Source: Clostridia bacterium
GTDB taxonomy: Bacteria; Bacillota; Clostridia; Christensenellales; DTU072
NCBI GenBank assembly: GCA_017461065.1
Contig: JAFTZC010000013.1
Location: 3,808 to 67,807 of the forward strand
Length of the DNA stretch: 64,000 nucleotides
Direction: 5' to 3'
Position 1 is the stretch's first letter. Each line of letters opens with the position of its first letter. Positions 1-9,608 of the stretch are shown here, piece by piece. The position numbers and the translations under genes were made by a program. Under the pieces are notes generated by a model. The model made no database searches. It saw only the letters and a program-made list of their open reading frames with translations, and was not told the origin of the DNA.

Positions 1-42
1 ACCGCCGTCACGTTTTTTCTTAATAATATCGTACATTCTCAT
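1..42 (-). CDS. first 14 codons of a pyrimidine-nucleoside/thymidine phosphorylase-like gene that runs off the left edge
   Basis: The reverse strand reads MRMYDIIKKKRDGG, which matches the N-terminus I recall for Pdp/DeoA-type phosphorylases. GGAGA lies 7 nt upstream (50-54). Only 14 aa are visible. Confidence 0.4.
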   Translation of the reverse strand, partial: MRMYDIIKKKRDGG

Positions 43-187
43 AGTCGTTCTCCAAACGGATATTGGCTTTTGCCAATATATTATACACTAAAAGGCGCAT
101 TTTGAAAAGACCCAATTTCGCTATATGCGGCTTTTAGATTTGTGTTTTTGGATAAATCGTGGTAGTATGTATGCAAGGAGTACCAAA

Positions 188-688
188 ATGGACAAGTTTT
201 TGACGGTTTTTGCAGTCTTTGACGACCAAACTCAACGCAAATTGAGCGCTCTCCAAGCCAAAGTTTTTGAGCTCGGTAACCCCGGCACGCAAACGATGGG
301 CATACCCTTTCATCTTACCCTTGGGAGCTTCCCCACAGACAAGGAGTGCGAGTTGGTCAAAAGAATAAAAGAGAGCGCCAAAACCCACGCTCAATTTGAT
401 ATTGGTTTATTAAAAATAAACCACTTTGGCGACAAAGTGGTGTTCGTCGAGCCCGAAGTGAACGAGAGCTTGATGCAGTTACACAATCTGTTCGACTGCA
501 ACTATCCCTACGGCCATCCCTACCACGCCCACGCAACGATATTCCAAGGAGATAGCGAAGCGACAAAGCAAGCTAAAGCTCTTCTTGCTGAAATATTTAC
601 GCCGTTTAGTGCCAAAATCGTAAGCATACAAATGGGAGAGTTCTTCCCAACGAGAATGATTATAAGCGAAAACCTAATTGAAAATTAA
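188..688 (+). CDS. 2H phosphoesterase superfamily protein (LigT / cyclic phosphodiesterase-like)
   Basis: It carries the two H-x-T/S-x motifs of the 2H fold (FHLTLG and HAHATI). I moved the start from ORF-track position 125 to ATG 188 because AAGGAG sits at 174-179. Confidence 0.7.
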   Translation: MDKFLTVFAVFDDQTQRKLSALQAKVFELGNPGTQTMGIPFHLTLGSFPTDKECELVKRIKESAKTHAQFDIGLLKINHFGDKVVFVEPEVNESLMQLHNLFDCNYPYGHPYHAHATIFQGDSEATKQAKALLAEIFTPFSAKIVSIQMGEFFPTRMIISENLIEN

Positions 689-706
689 TTACGCCGTTAT
701 TTAGGC

Positions 707-738
707 AAAAAGAAAGGAAGTCTTACGACTTCCTTTTT
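707..738. terminator. bidirectional rho-independent terminator
   Basis: AAAGGAAGTC-TTAC-GACTTCCTTT forms a 10-bp stem with an A-run on the left and a T-run on the right, between convergent genes. A near-identical hairpin recurs at 56232-56260. Confidence 0.6.
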
Positions 739-753
739 ACTTGTGCATTTGGA

Positions 754-1374
754 TTAATTAAAGGTGTAAACGACCTTAACCACTGCGCCGCTATCCATAG
801 TATAATCAATCATTACCTTTTCAAGGCTCTCGTTGTAGTGCACTTCAACGCTCATATCCTTGCCGTCAAAAGTGTTGTTTGACGTAAAGCCCTTTACGTT
901 GGTTACTTCAGCTTTGAATACGAAATAGTCGTTTTCGTAGTATCCGTGGGGCATATTGAAATAGTTTTGGTTGAAGTCAAGCACGAGAGCTTCCAAGCTC
1001 TTTACGGGGATATCTGCCGAGTCGCCCGTTTGCTCTACGATAGCACCGTTTTTAATGGTGGCGTTACCCGTCTTGGTAATCACCCTATTTTCGGGCATAA
1101 CGTAGTTGCCTTGTCCGTCTTGTACGATAGTTGCCAAGCTCTCGCTTGAATAGCTGACCATAGTATTGTTAGAGCTGTTGGTTACGGTATAAACGCTTGT
1201 CAAAGTAACGCCGTCCATAGTGGTTTGAACGCTCAAATTTACCCCTACGTAGCTCATACGTGCCATTTCGTTTAGCTCGGTGTAAACGTCGGGCTCTTCG
1301 GGCACAAGGTTACAAGCGGTGAGTGACACCATAACTACTGCCAAAACTACAAAAATAAATAAAACCTTTTTCAT
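754..1374 (-). CDS. lipoprotein of unknown function, immediately downstream of the endonuclease I gene
   Basis: It has a signal peptide with lipobox (VSLTAC). It is separated by an 11-nt gap (1375-1385) from the upstream co-directional gene. I recognise no catalytic motif. Confidence 0.6.
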   Translation of the reverse strand: MKKVLFIFVVLAVVMVSLTACNLVPEEPDVYTELNEMARMSYVGVNLSVQTTMDGVTLTSVYTVTNSSNNTMVSYSSESLATIVQDGQGNYVMPENRVITKTGNATIKNGAIVEQTGDSADIPVKSLEALVLDFNQNYFNMPHGYYENDYFVFKAEVTNVKGFTSNNTFDGKDMSVEVHYNESLEKVMIDYTMDSGAVVKVVYTFN

Positions 1375-1385
1375 ATCACACCCCC

Positions 1386-4118
1386 TTATGCCTTTCTAAT
1401 AAGAAACCAAGCTGCGTATGCAAGTGCTGATACCGCACCGATATAGAATAAAATCGATTGGTGCGTTGCCTTTTCGGCTTGTTGATTTATTTGGGTTGCC
1501 GTTTGGTTATATGCGTTTATCTCTTGAACGAGAGTTGCGTAGGCTTCACTTGAAGCATCCTTTTCGCTGTCGCTTAGCTCGGCGTATGCTTCAAGAGCTT
1601 CACCTATCGCGTTCCATTTTGCTTCCAAGCCGTTTGCACTTTCAACTGCTTCAACGAGTGCGGCGAATGAAGCTACGACTTCGTCGTTAGCTTGCGCTCT
1701 TTCTTCTGTATGGGAGCAGTCGGCACATACCCTTTGCTCCATATCGTTTTCAATGGGCGTCCACTCGCCAAAAGCGTGTGGGATGGTTGGGACTTCTCTC
1801 GTTTCTACGTCCGAGCAAGCGGGACATACTCTTTGCTCGCTTCCAACCGTCTTGCAAGTTGGCTCGGTTACCACGCTCCACGCCCCGTAGCTGTGTCCAA
1901 GGGAAGGGATACTATCGCCCACTTCGGAGTGGTTGCAGCCCTCTCTTACGCAAGCGTAAGTTCCTTCATAGCCGTCGGCAGTACAAGTGGGAGCAATGTA
2001 GCTGTTCTCCACTGCTTCCAAGTCGTGTCCTAAGCGATTTACTTCTCGAGTGATAGTATTTCCACAAGATGAGCATAGGCTCTCTTCCACGCCGTCGGTA
2101 GTACAAGTAGGCGCCGTGGTTTGGCTCCAAGTGCCGTAGCTATGCTCAAGCGCAGGGATAACTTCGACGTCCACTATCTCGCCACACTCGGTACATTCGG
2201 TGTGTCTGCTACCTGCTCCCGAGCAAGTAGCTTTGCTGTCTACAATCCACTCGCCTGCAGTATGTGCGTGCGTCGAGCCGTATACGATGGTGATTTCTTC
2301 AACGTATACGACGCCCGTCGATTCGTAATTGATAGCAAAATATTGGTCGGTCGTGCCAATATTAAGGGTGCCCCCCGAAGATGACGAAGTCAAAGTGCCT
2401 CGTTTGGTACCCGTACTTACTTTGCCACTACCCGTGCCATAAGCCGTCGAAGACGTATAAACGCTCCAAGGCTTTTCAGCCGTCGATTTGATTGTGATTG
2501 ACACTATACCACCACTAAATGCAGTCGTATTGAATATATATTGAGCAGTTTTGCTACTATTCATTTGAATTGAGCCCGTTTGTCCCGGGTACATAAAGCC
2601 CTGACCACTCATTCCGTCCGCGCTCCAAGTACACCAATTATACGCACCGCTTCCGCTAAAACTCTCACGAGTTATAGTTAACGTTTTGGTGGTGGCTTGC
2701 TTTACGGTAATGCCACTAATCGTCTTTTCGGCGGTGCCGTACTTACAAATAACGGTGGTGCTACCTTGGCTTAAAGCTTCCGCCCTTGACGTGCCGTCAA
2801 GCCAAGAGCAATCTTCGTTTGGGATAGTTGCCGTCGAGCCGTCGGAGTAGGTTGCCGTTACCGTGATACCCGTTGGGTTAAAGGTATCGCCTGCGCTATA
2901 GGTAGTTTTGACGGGTGCTCCCGTAAGCGCAATCGAGCTAACTGCCTTAACCGAAATAGTAGCGGTGGCTTTAACGGAGCTGTTTGCAGTGCTCGTTGCG
3001 GTAATAGTTGCACTACCTGCTCCTACTGCAGTAACTACGCCACCCTCAACGGTTGCAACACTCGTATTAGACGAAGTCCAATTTAGAGTGCTGGTTGCTC
3101 CTGCCTGATAAACTTCGGCTGATAGTCTGTATGTTTCGCCTTTAACAAGGGAAGCAGTAGACGGAGAAATTACTACTTCAGTGGGCTCGATGGTGCTGTC
3201 TCCACCTACGTCACCGTCAAGGTAGCTACCGTAAGTTTCCACTACGTTTTGGAGTTCGTCGCTATAGCTTTCACCGTCGTGACAATAAATCATTTCGGCG
3301 TATTCGGGGTGGTCAATAAAGGGATTTCGGTTACCTTGAACGGCGTAAACGGCTTCGTTCCTTGCTTTTTCAGCTTCCGTTGGAGGCTCTTCGACGTGCC
3401 ACTTCATGAGGTCTTCAATATCGCCTATAGTCTTGTTGTTGCCCTTGCCCAAAACGAAGGTAAGATTATATTTATCTCCCCAACGAGTTTGAACGTACAT
3501 AAGTATACGTGCCGTTGCCCCACGGTAGCCAACGCCGGGATAAAATACTGAGTCTTGTTGGTAACAAAGATTAGCGTAGGAAGTAGAGCCGTTTTCCTTG
3601 ACGATATTAGCCGTAGTTTGCGGTACTTCGCCAAAGCTATTGTTGCTACGGGTGGAGTTCAATTGACTATTGGTTGGACGAAGGTGGTGAGCATCCGAGC
3701 CGGCTTCGCTCTCGGCCGGGAAGGCACTACCTGAGTTCTTTGGCCAAACGTGTTCACGATTGGTGCCAGTGCTAAAGCTACCATTAAAAGAAACGGACGT
3801 GCCGGTATAAAACCAAAGAATATTACCACTCTTGTTGGGGTCGGCGTCACTCTCGTCAAAGATGTTACGAAGCCCATCATAAGTAGGGTTATAATCGTGG
3901 GTAGAAGTTATTAGCGTTGCAAGCTCCGTCCTAAACGAATCACCCGTGAGATTTTCGTTGAGACCTGCGTAATAGCTGTCGTAGGAAGCTGCTTCGACAG
4001 ACTCTACGACTTGCTGAGCGGGAGCAAATACTCCAACCCAACAACCCACCATACTCATCAAGATACATAATGGTAGGATAAGTGCAACGAGATTGAATTT
4101 TCTTTTGGACTTAAACAT
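1386..4118 (-). CDS. cell-anchored multidomain extracellular nuclease with an endonuclease I (EndA/Bsn-family) domain, Ig-like repeats, a beta domain, Cys-rich repeats and a C-terminal TM helix
   Basis: Endonuclease I motifs are present: NREHVWPKNSG, DAHHLRPTNSQLNSTRSNNSFGE and GNRNPFIDHPEYAE. There are Big_2-like segments (GSATITATS..VKATATISVK). About five H-x2-G-x-W..TC..G..C-x2-C modules fall at nt ~1692-2270. The protein has an N-terminal signal and a C-terminal hydrophobic helix (ILFYIGAVSALAYAAWFLI). Confidence 0.85.
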   Translation of the reverse strand: MFKSKRKFNLVALILPLCILMSMVGCWVGVFAPAQQVVESVEAASYDSYYAGLNENLTGDSFRTELATLITSTHDYNPTYDGLRNIFDESDADPNKSGNILWFYTGTSVSFNGSFSTGTNREHVWPKNSGSAFPAESEAGSDAHHLRPTNSQLNSTRSNNSFGEVPQTTANIVKENGSTSYANLCYQQDSVFYPGVGYRGATARILMYVQTRWGDKYNLTFVLGKGNNKTIGDIEDLMKWHVEEPPTEAEKARNEAVYAVQGNRNPFIDHPEYAEMIYCHDGESYSDELQNVVETYGSYLDGDVGGDSTIEPTEVVISPSTASLVKGETYRLSAEVYQAGATSTLNWTSSNTSVATVEGGVVTAVGAGSATITATSTANSSVKATATISVKAVSSIALTGAPVKTTYSAGDTFNPTGITVTATYSDGSTATIPNEDCSWLDGTSRAEALSQGSTTVICKYGTAEKTISGITVKQATTKTLTITRESFSGSGAYNWCTWSADGMSGQGFMYPGQTGSIQMNSSKTAQYIFNTTAFSGGIVSITIKSTAEKPWSVYTSSTAYGTGSGKVSTGTKRGTLTSSSSGGTLNIGTTDQYFAINYESTGVVYVEEITIVYGSTHAHTAGEWIVDSKATCSGAGSRHTECTECGEIVDVEVIPALEHSYGTWSQTTAPTCTTDGVEESLCSSCGNTITREVNRLGHDLEAVENSYIAPTCTADGYEGTYACVREGCNHSEVGDSIPSLGHSYGAWSVVTEPTCKTVGSEQRVCPACSDVETREVPTIPHAFGEWTPIENDMEQRVCADCSHTEERAQANDEVVASFAALVEAVESANGLEAKWNAIGEALEAYAELSDSEKDASSEAYATLVQEINAYNQTATQINQQAEKATHQSILFYIGAVSALAYAAWFLIRKA

Positions 4119-4761
4119 AACGACTCCAACGCTTGCTTGGGCGTGCCTAAGCGAGCGTATTGTATAGATAGCTTAATCATATAACAAAAACTTAAGTTAG
4201 TCAACGCGTGCGAGCAAAAAAACAAATTATGACAATTTTTATATTCACAGAAATTGCGAACTTTCCCCTATTTTTAGTGCAATTTTAAATCAAATTATAA
4301 GGCGTAAATTCAAATGAAAAATCAAACGAATTATTCCTTAAAATCTCGTTGCGTGTTTTTAGTGAATTTTACCGATTTAGGTTTCTTAGCTTCCGCTTTT
4401 AATTACCCAAGTTTCTATTTTTGAAAAATTTGCAAAAGGCAAAAATCGACCATTTTTCGGCGTTGTTTGCAGAGCTGATTTTAGGGCAAATTTTGATTGA
4501 AATCCGGCATCTCTTATCCCATCCCAAGCGAGTGATTTTGACAAATATTTCGGCCGAATTTTAGGTCTAAACGGCTGATTTGCTAACTTTTTGGGTTTTA
4601 CTAAAATTTACCATATTATTTAATATATATTTTTAAAATGTGGGTTGATTATTTTGTAGAAATATGTTAACATTCTTTAGGACGCCGTCTATTTATAAAT
4701 ATAAATAATAATAAAACGGCGCAAAAGCGCGTTCTTTAGAGGCGCAGTACGTGGAGAAAAA

Positions 4762-5943
4762 ATGATATTCGACATTCAAAAAGCAAGTATTACTAAAAGA
4801 TTGGTTGCGTTTATATTAGACGCCATCCTTTTTGCGGTGCTTGCAGTTGGATTTGCCTGGTTAATCGGTCTTGCTTGCGACTACGACACACATCTTAATG
4901 CAAGCGTATCCACACAAGAAGCCTATACCACCTATTATAAGCGTGCTTACGGCGTAGATTACTCCAAGACATACGAAGAACTCACCGAAAGCGAAAAGGC
5001 AATTTGGGACACGTACTCGGAGCAATTTTCAAACGCCGTCACCTACGACGAAGCAGTCAAAATCACCATTGAACAACTACTATCCTACCGAACTAAATAT
5101 CTTGGCTCACACGGCGTAGACCTACTCGCAACCGACACCACGTACGATAATTATACGACCGAGCAAAAAGCGGCTTGGCTGAGCGCATACGAAGCCTGTC
5201 AAAACGAACTAAAAGCTAAGTACGGCAAAAAGGCCTTCCTAATGAAACCTATCCGCTACGTGCAATCCTATCAAGAAGATTTTAGCGTAGACCTAACTCG
5301 CAACTCGGACGACGTGCCGAAGAGCGAACTCAAAAACTGGCTCAAAGCCTACGACAAGTGCGACAAGGTTTTAGCAACCGACCTATCTTATAACGCAAGG
5401 ATGATGAGAATTCTTGCATTCACTCTTTTAATGATTTCACTCGGCATACTTTTATCTATGCTGATTTTAGAATTTATCGTTCCCCTACTATTCAAAAACG
5501 GCCAAACCGTTGGCAAAAAGGTATTCGGCATCGCCGTTATACATCAAAACGGAGTGCGCGTCAACACAATTACTATGTTTATAAGGACTTTCCTTGGAAA
5601 ATACGCGGTGGAAACTATGGTCCCCGTGCTTTTGGTGTTGATGATGTTTACTTCCAACGCGCTGATATCAGTAATAGTAATTGCCCTATTGTTCATTTTT
5701 GAAATAGTGCTATTCGTATGGAACAAGGACTATCGTCCCTTTATCCACGACGTATTTGCAAAGACGGTAACCGTAGACCTTGCAAGTCAAATGATATTTG
5801 AAAACGAAGCCGAGATGGTTGCGTTTAGACAAAGCACCTACGCCGAAGGCTCGGGAGACGCGCTTTCAGATACACTATACGGCACGTCAAATCCCCTTGC
5901 CAACTCCTTTGTCGAAGTAGACAAAAAGGACGAGAACAAATAA
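4762..5943 (+). CDS. RDD-family-like integral membrane protein with a soluble insert
   Basis: An N-terminal TM helix is followed by a ~180-aa hydrophilic insert and then TM helices with GQTVGKKVFGIAVI, typical of RDD-domain proteins. GGAG lies 6 nt upstream of the ATG. Confidence 0.55.
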   Translation: MIFDIQKASITKRLVAFILDAILFAVLAVGFAWLIGLACDYDTHLNASVSTQEAYTTYYKRAYGVDYSKTYEELTESEKAIWDTYSEQFSNAVTYDEAVKITIEQLLSYRTKYLGSHGVDLLATDTTYDNYTTEQKAAWLSAYEACQNELKAKYGKKAFLMKPIRYVQSYQEDFSVDLTRNSDDVPKSELKNWLKAYDKCDKVLATDLSYNARMMRILAFTLLMISLGILLSMLILEFIVPLLFKNGQTVGKKVFGIAVIHQNGVRVNTITMFIRTFLGKYAVETMVPVLLVLMMFTSNALISVIVIALLFIFEIVLFVWNKDYRPFIHDVFAKTVTVDLASQMIFENEAEMVAFRQSTYAEGSGDALSDTLYGTSNPLANSFVEVDKKDENK

Positions 5944-6018
5944 CTTAGGTAATTATTGGAGCCAAGCTCCGCCGATTATACAAAACAAAAAAACAATATA
6001 TAAAGGAACTCTTGGATT

Positions 6019-7650
6019 ATGAAAGTTGTACTTGAAAATTTAACAAAAGTATTTCCCAGTAGAAACAAGAAGGCAGGCGAGGAAGTAGTAGCCGTTAACA
6101 ATTTCTCTTTTGAAATTCCGGACGGCAAGCTCATTGGTCTACTTGGACCATCCGGCTGTGGCAAGAGCACTACTCTTTATATGATTAGTGGTCTTCAAAA
6201 GCCGACTTCCGGCAAAATCTACTTCGGCGACGACGACATCACCGCGTTGTCACCCGAAAATAGAGGTGTTGGCCTTGTTTTCCAAAACTACGCACTCTAT
6301 CCTCACATGACCGTTAAGCAAAACATCTTGTTCCCCCTACAAAACCTAAAGGGCGAAGACAAGCTAAGCAAAGACGACATGCTAAAGAAGGCTTACGAAG
6401 CTGCTAAGCTCGTTCAAATCGACGAACTTATGGACCGTAAACCCAGCGAGCTATCAGGTGGCCAACAACAACGTGTTGCTATCGCTCGTGCACTCGTAAA
6501 GATGCCTCGCGTTCTTCTACTTGACGAACCACTTTCCAACTTGGACGCTCGTCTAAGACTTCAAACTCGTGAAGAAATCAGAAGAATCCAAAGAGAAACT
6601 CAAATCACCACTATCTTCGTAACCCACGACCAAGAAGAAGCTATGAGCATCTCCGATATGATCGTCGTTATGAAGCTCGGCGTTATCCAACAAATCGGCG
6701 CACCCCAAGACGTATACGACAGCCCCGAAAACCTATTCGTTGCAAAGTTCCTTGGAACTCCCCCTATCAACGTATTTGACGGCGCTATCCGTGACGGCAA
6801 GGTTTATATCGGCGAAGATGCAGTGCTCGACGCTCCCGGCGTGGAAGACCAAGAAGTTTACGTTGGTATCCGTCCCGAAGGCTTTGAGCTTGCTGAAGAC
6901 GGCGCACTTCACTGCGAACTCCGCAGCGTAGAAGTTATGGGTCGTGACGTAAGTATCGTTTCAGCTAACGCTCAAGCACATACTCCCGTTATCCGCTCTA
7001 TCATCAACGCTGACAACAAGGTAGACGCTACCCAAAAGGAAGTAAGATTCAACCTAAAGGCACACAAGACCTTCGTATTCGCTAAGGAAAGGGTTACCTG
7101 GTCAATGGCAAACGAGGGCAAGACCCTTTACACCTTCAACAAGGCAAGCCAAACCTTGAACGCTAAGTACGACGGCAAGAGCTACGACCTCGGCGTACTA
7201 CTAACCGACGAAGATATTGCTAAGCTCGAAAAGCAAGCAAAGCAAAGCCTATCCCCCGTTGCAAAGTTCTTCATCAAGCAAGGCAAGAAGCTCCTTGGTG
7301 CAGCACAAGCAAAGGTTGCTCCTGCAGTTGAACTCGTCCAAAGCCTTATCCCCGAAAAGCCCGCTCTTACTGGCGAAATCACCTATAAGCTCGCAATGGG
7401 CAAGAATAAGGAAGGACAAACCTTATACTTCGCAGGTGGCGTAGATAACGCTCGCCTATGCGTAACCAGTGATATCCAAAAGGCAGTCGACCTACACGCT
7501 GAGCTCGTAACCAAGGTTGTTGGCGAAGGCAAAAAGGCAAAGACCGTCGTTGAAGGATACAACGTATACTACCTTGACGGCGAAACAAAGGTATACCCCG
7601 AAATCACCGTAGCTAACGGCGAAAATCACGAAAAGAGAATCTTTCTATAA
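6019..7650 (+). CDS. MalK/UgpC-type ABC transporter ATP-binding protein with a ~186-aa C-terminal extension
   Basis: It has Walker A GPSGCGKST, Q-loop VFQNYALYPH, signature LSGGQQQR, Walker B LLLDEP and H-loop VTHD. A MalK-like regulatory domain runs to about residue 357, followed by extra sequence to residue 543. Confidence 0.9.
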   Translation: MKVVLENLTKVFPSRNKKAGEEVVAVNNFSFEIPDGKLIGLLGPSGCGKSTTLYMISGLQKPTSGKIYFGDDDITALSPENRGVGLVFQNYALYPHMTVKQNILFPLQNLKGEDKLSKDDMLKKAYEAAKLVQIDELMDRKPSELSGGQQQRVAIARALVKMPRVLLLDEPLSNLDARLRLQTREEIRRIQRETQITTIFVTHDQEEAMSISDMIVVMKLGVIQQIGAPQDVYDSPENLFVAKFLGTPPINVFDGAIRDGKVYIGEDAVLDAPGVEDQEVYVGIRPEGFELAEDGALHCELRSVEVMGRDVSIVSANAQAHTPVIRSIINADNKVDATQKEVRFNLKAHKTFVFAKERVTWSMANEGKTLYTFNKASQTLNAKYDGKSYDLGVLLTDEDIAKLEKQAKQSLSPVAKFFIKQGKKLLGAAQAKVAPAVELVQSLIPEKPALTGEITYKLAMGKNKEGQTLYFAGGVDNARLCVTSDIQKAVDLHAELVTKVVGEGKKAKTVVEGYNVYYLDGETKVYPEITVANGENHEKRIFL

Positions 7651-7661
7651 GAGGTGAAACT

Positions 7662-8603
7662 ATGGTAGATTCTAAACACAAATGGAAGGCATGGCTGTAT
7701 CTATCCCCGGCACTAATATTGCTTGCGGTATTTACGCTATACCCTATCGTTAACACCATCAGACTTGCATTCATGGAAGACTACGGCATGATGAAGGCGC
7801 TTAGCGGTGCTACCTTTGAGTTTGGTTTTGGCAACTTTGAAAAAGTTGTGGAATATCGCAACTTTACGACCTGCTTGAAGAACACAGTGCTTCTTTGCGT
7901 ACTCACCGTTCCGATTTCGACCGTGCTTGCGCTCCTGATTGCAGTTACTCTTAACTCAATCGGACCACTTAGACGTTTCCTACAAACGATATACTTCTTG
8001 CCCTACGTAACCAACTCGATTGCTATCGGCATGGTATTTGCGGCAATGTTCAATATCGTAGGTAACGTATCTGCAGAACCTCCACTAATCACCACCGCAG
8101 GTATCATCAACAACTTCCTCGGTATCTTCGGAGTAGAGCCCATCAACTGGATCAACGTAGGTTCAAGCTACTGGGCAAACATAACCGTTATGGTTATTTA
8201 TATCGTATGGAACGCGCTCCCCTTTAAGATTCTAATTCTACTTGGCGGACTCCAAAGCATCAACAAGCAATATTACGATGCCGCTAAAGTTGACGGAACT
8301 TCAAGAGCAAGGACGCTATGGAAGATCACCGTTCCACTGCTATCCCCAATGATTGCTTACGTAGTTATCACCAGCTTTATGGGTGGCTTCAAAGAGTACT
8401 CGAGCATCGTAGGTATATTCGGCGAAACTATGGGCCCTCCCGGAAACAAGGGCGCAATGAACACTATGGTTGGCTTTATTTACCAATCACTTGAAGGTCA
8501 ACACCAAGGTAGAGCAAGTGCCGCTTCGCTAATCTTGTTCGCCATCATCATGGCAGTAACCCTTGTAAACCTACAAGTAAGCAAGAAGAAAGTTCATTAT
8601 TAG
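7662..8603 (+). CDS. carbohydrate-type (CUT1) ABC transporter permease, MalF/UgpA-like
   Basis: It has six hydrophobic segments and an EAA-type loop (YYDAAKVDGTSRARTLWKITVPLL). It follows the ATPase gene after an 11-nt gap. Confidence 0.9.
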   Translation: MVDSKHKWKAWLYLSPALILLAVFTLYPIVNTIRLAFMEDYGMMKALSGATFEFGFGNFEKVVEYRNFTTCLKNTVLLCVLTVPISTVLALLIAVTLNSIGPLRRFLQTIYFLPYVTNSIAIGMVFAAMFNIVGNVSAEPPLITTAGIINNFLGIFGVEPINWINVGSSYWANITVMVIYIVWNALPFKILILLGGLQSINKQYYDAAKVDGTSRARTLWKITVPLLSPMIAYVVITSFMGGFKEYSSIVGIFGETMGPPGNKGAMNTMVGFIYQSLEGQHQGRASAASLILFAIIMAVTLVNLQVSKKKVHY

Positions 8604-8613
8604 GAGGTGGATT

Positions 8614-9516
8614 ATGGCAGAAAATAAAAAAGCAACTGTAATAATGCACGAAAGAGATATCGAAAAGACCTCCAAGCTCCAAGTCGTCAACAACGTATTT
8701 GGCACCTTCTTTAGATATCTATTCCTTATAATAGTAGCAGTCGTAGTTTTGTTCCCATTTTATTGGATGATTATCTCATCTCTTAAGACCCTTGCGGAAT
8801 ATAGACTAAGCGTACCAACCTTCTGGCCCAAGCAAGTAGTTTGGTACAACTACGTAGAAGCGTTTACCGCTGCAAACCTCGGCACGCTATTTAAGAACAC
8901 CGTTATCGTCGGCGTAGTATCAACGATACTCTCGCTCGTAATCACGGTACTAACCGCATTCGTATTTGCTCGTCTTGAGTTCAAGGGCAAGAACGCACTG
9001 TTTGCAATGCTCCTTGGTACTATGATGATCCCCGGCGAACTATTCACCATCACCAACTACGAAACGGTATTTAGACTCGGTTGGCTAAACACCTACACCG
9101 TACTTATCGTACCTTTCCTTGTCAGCGTATTCTACGTCTACTTGCTCCGTCAAAGCTTTATGCAAATACCCGACTCACTATATCTTGCAGCAAAAGTTGA
9201 CGGCACCTCAGACCTAAAATACCTATGGAAGGTTATGATCCCACTTGCAATGCCTACCATCATTTCGATAACTATTCTAAAGATGATGGGGGCCTGGAAC
9301 TCGTATATGTGGCCAAATCTCGTTGCAAGAGACGCGGATATGCAACTTATCACCAACGGTCTTAGAAACGCCTTTACCGAAGCAACTTCGGGTGACACCA
9401 ACTTCCCCGTACAAATGGCAGCGGTTGCACTCGTTTCTATCCCACTATTCCTTGTATTCATCTTCTTCAGAAAGTACATCATGAAAGGTGTATCGAGAAG
9501 TGGTATCAAGGGCTAA
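8614..9516 (+). CDS. carbohydrate-type (CUT1) ABC transporter permease, MalG/UgpE-like
   Basis: It has an EAA loop (LYLAAKVDGTSDLKYLWKVMIPLA). AGGAGG at 8602-8607 overlaps the upstream TAG stop. Confidence 0.9.
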   Translation: MAENKKATVIMHERDIEKTSKLQVVNNVFGTFFRYLFLIIVAVVVLFPFYWMIISSLKTLAEYRLSVPTFWPKQVVWYNYVEAFTAANLGTLFKNTVIVGVVSTILSLVITVLTAFVFARLEFKGKNALFAMLLGTMMIPGELFTITNYETVFRLGWLNTYTVLIVPFLVSVFYVYLLRQSFMQIPDSLYLAAKVDGTSDLKYLWKVMIPLAMPTIISITILKMMGAWNSYMWPNLVARDADMQLITNGLRNAFTEATSGDTNFPVQMAAVALVSIPLFLVFIFFRKYIMKGVSRSGIKG

Positions 9517-9608
9517 AATCGGTTTACTCGCCCAGTATGCTTAGCGTAGTGGGCGATACGACTTTATAAAGAACAAAAAAATAAAATACACTATAAGGAG
9601 AAAAAGAC

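Noticed and set aside
6019-7650. Whether the 543-aa ATPase is two genes fused by a frameshift or sequencing error.
   Set aside because: The frame is continuous with no stop. There is no alternative RBS+ATG at the junction (~7090) and codon usage looks unchanged. I keep it as one ORF and flag the extension for verification.
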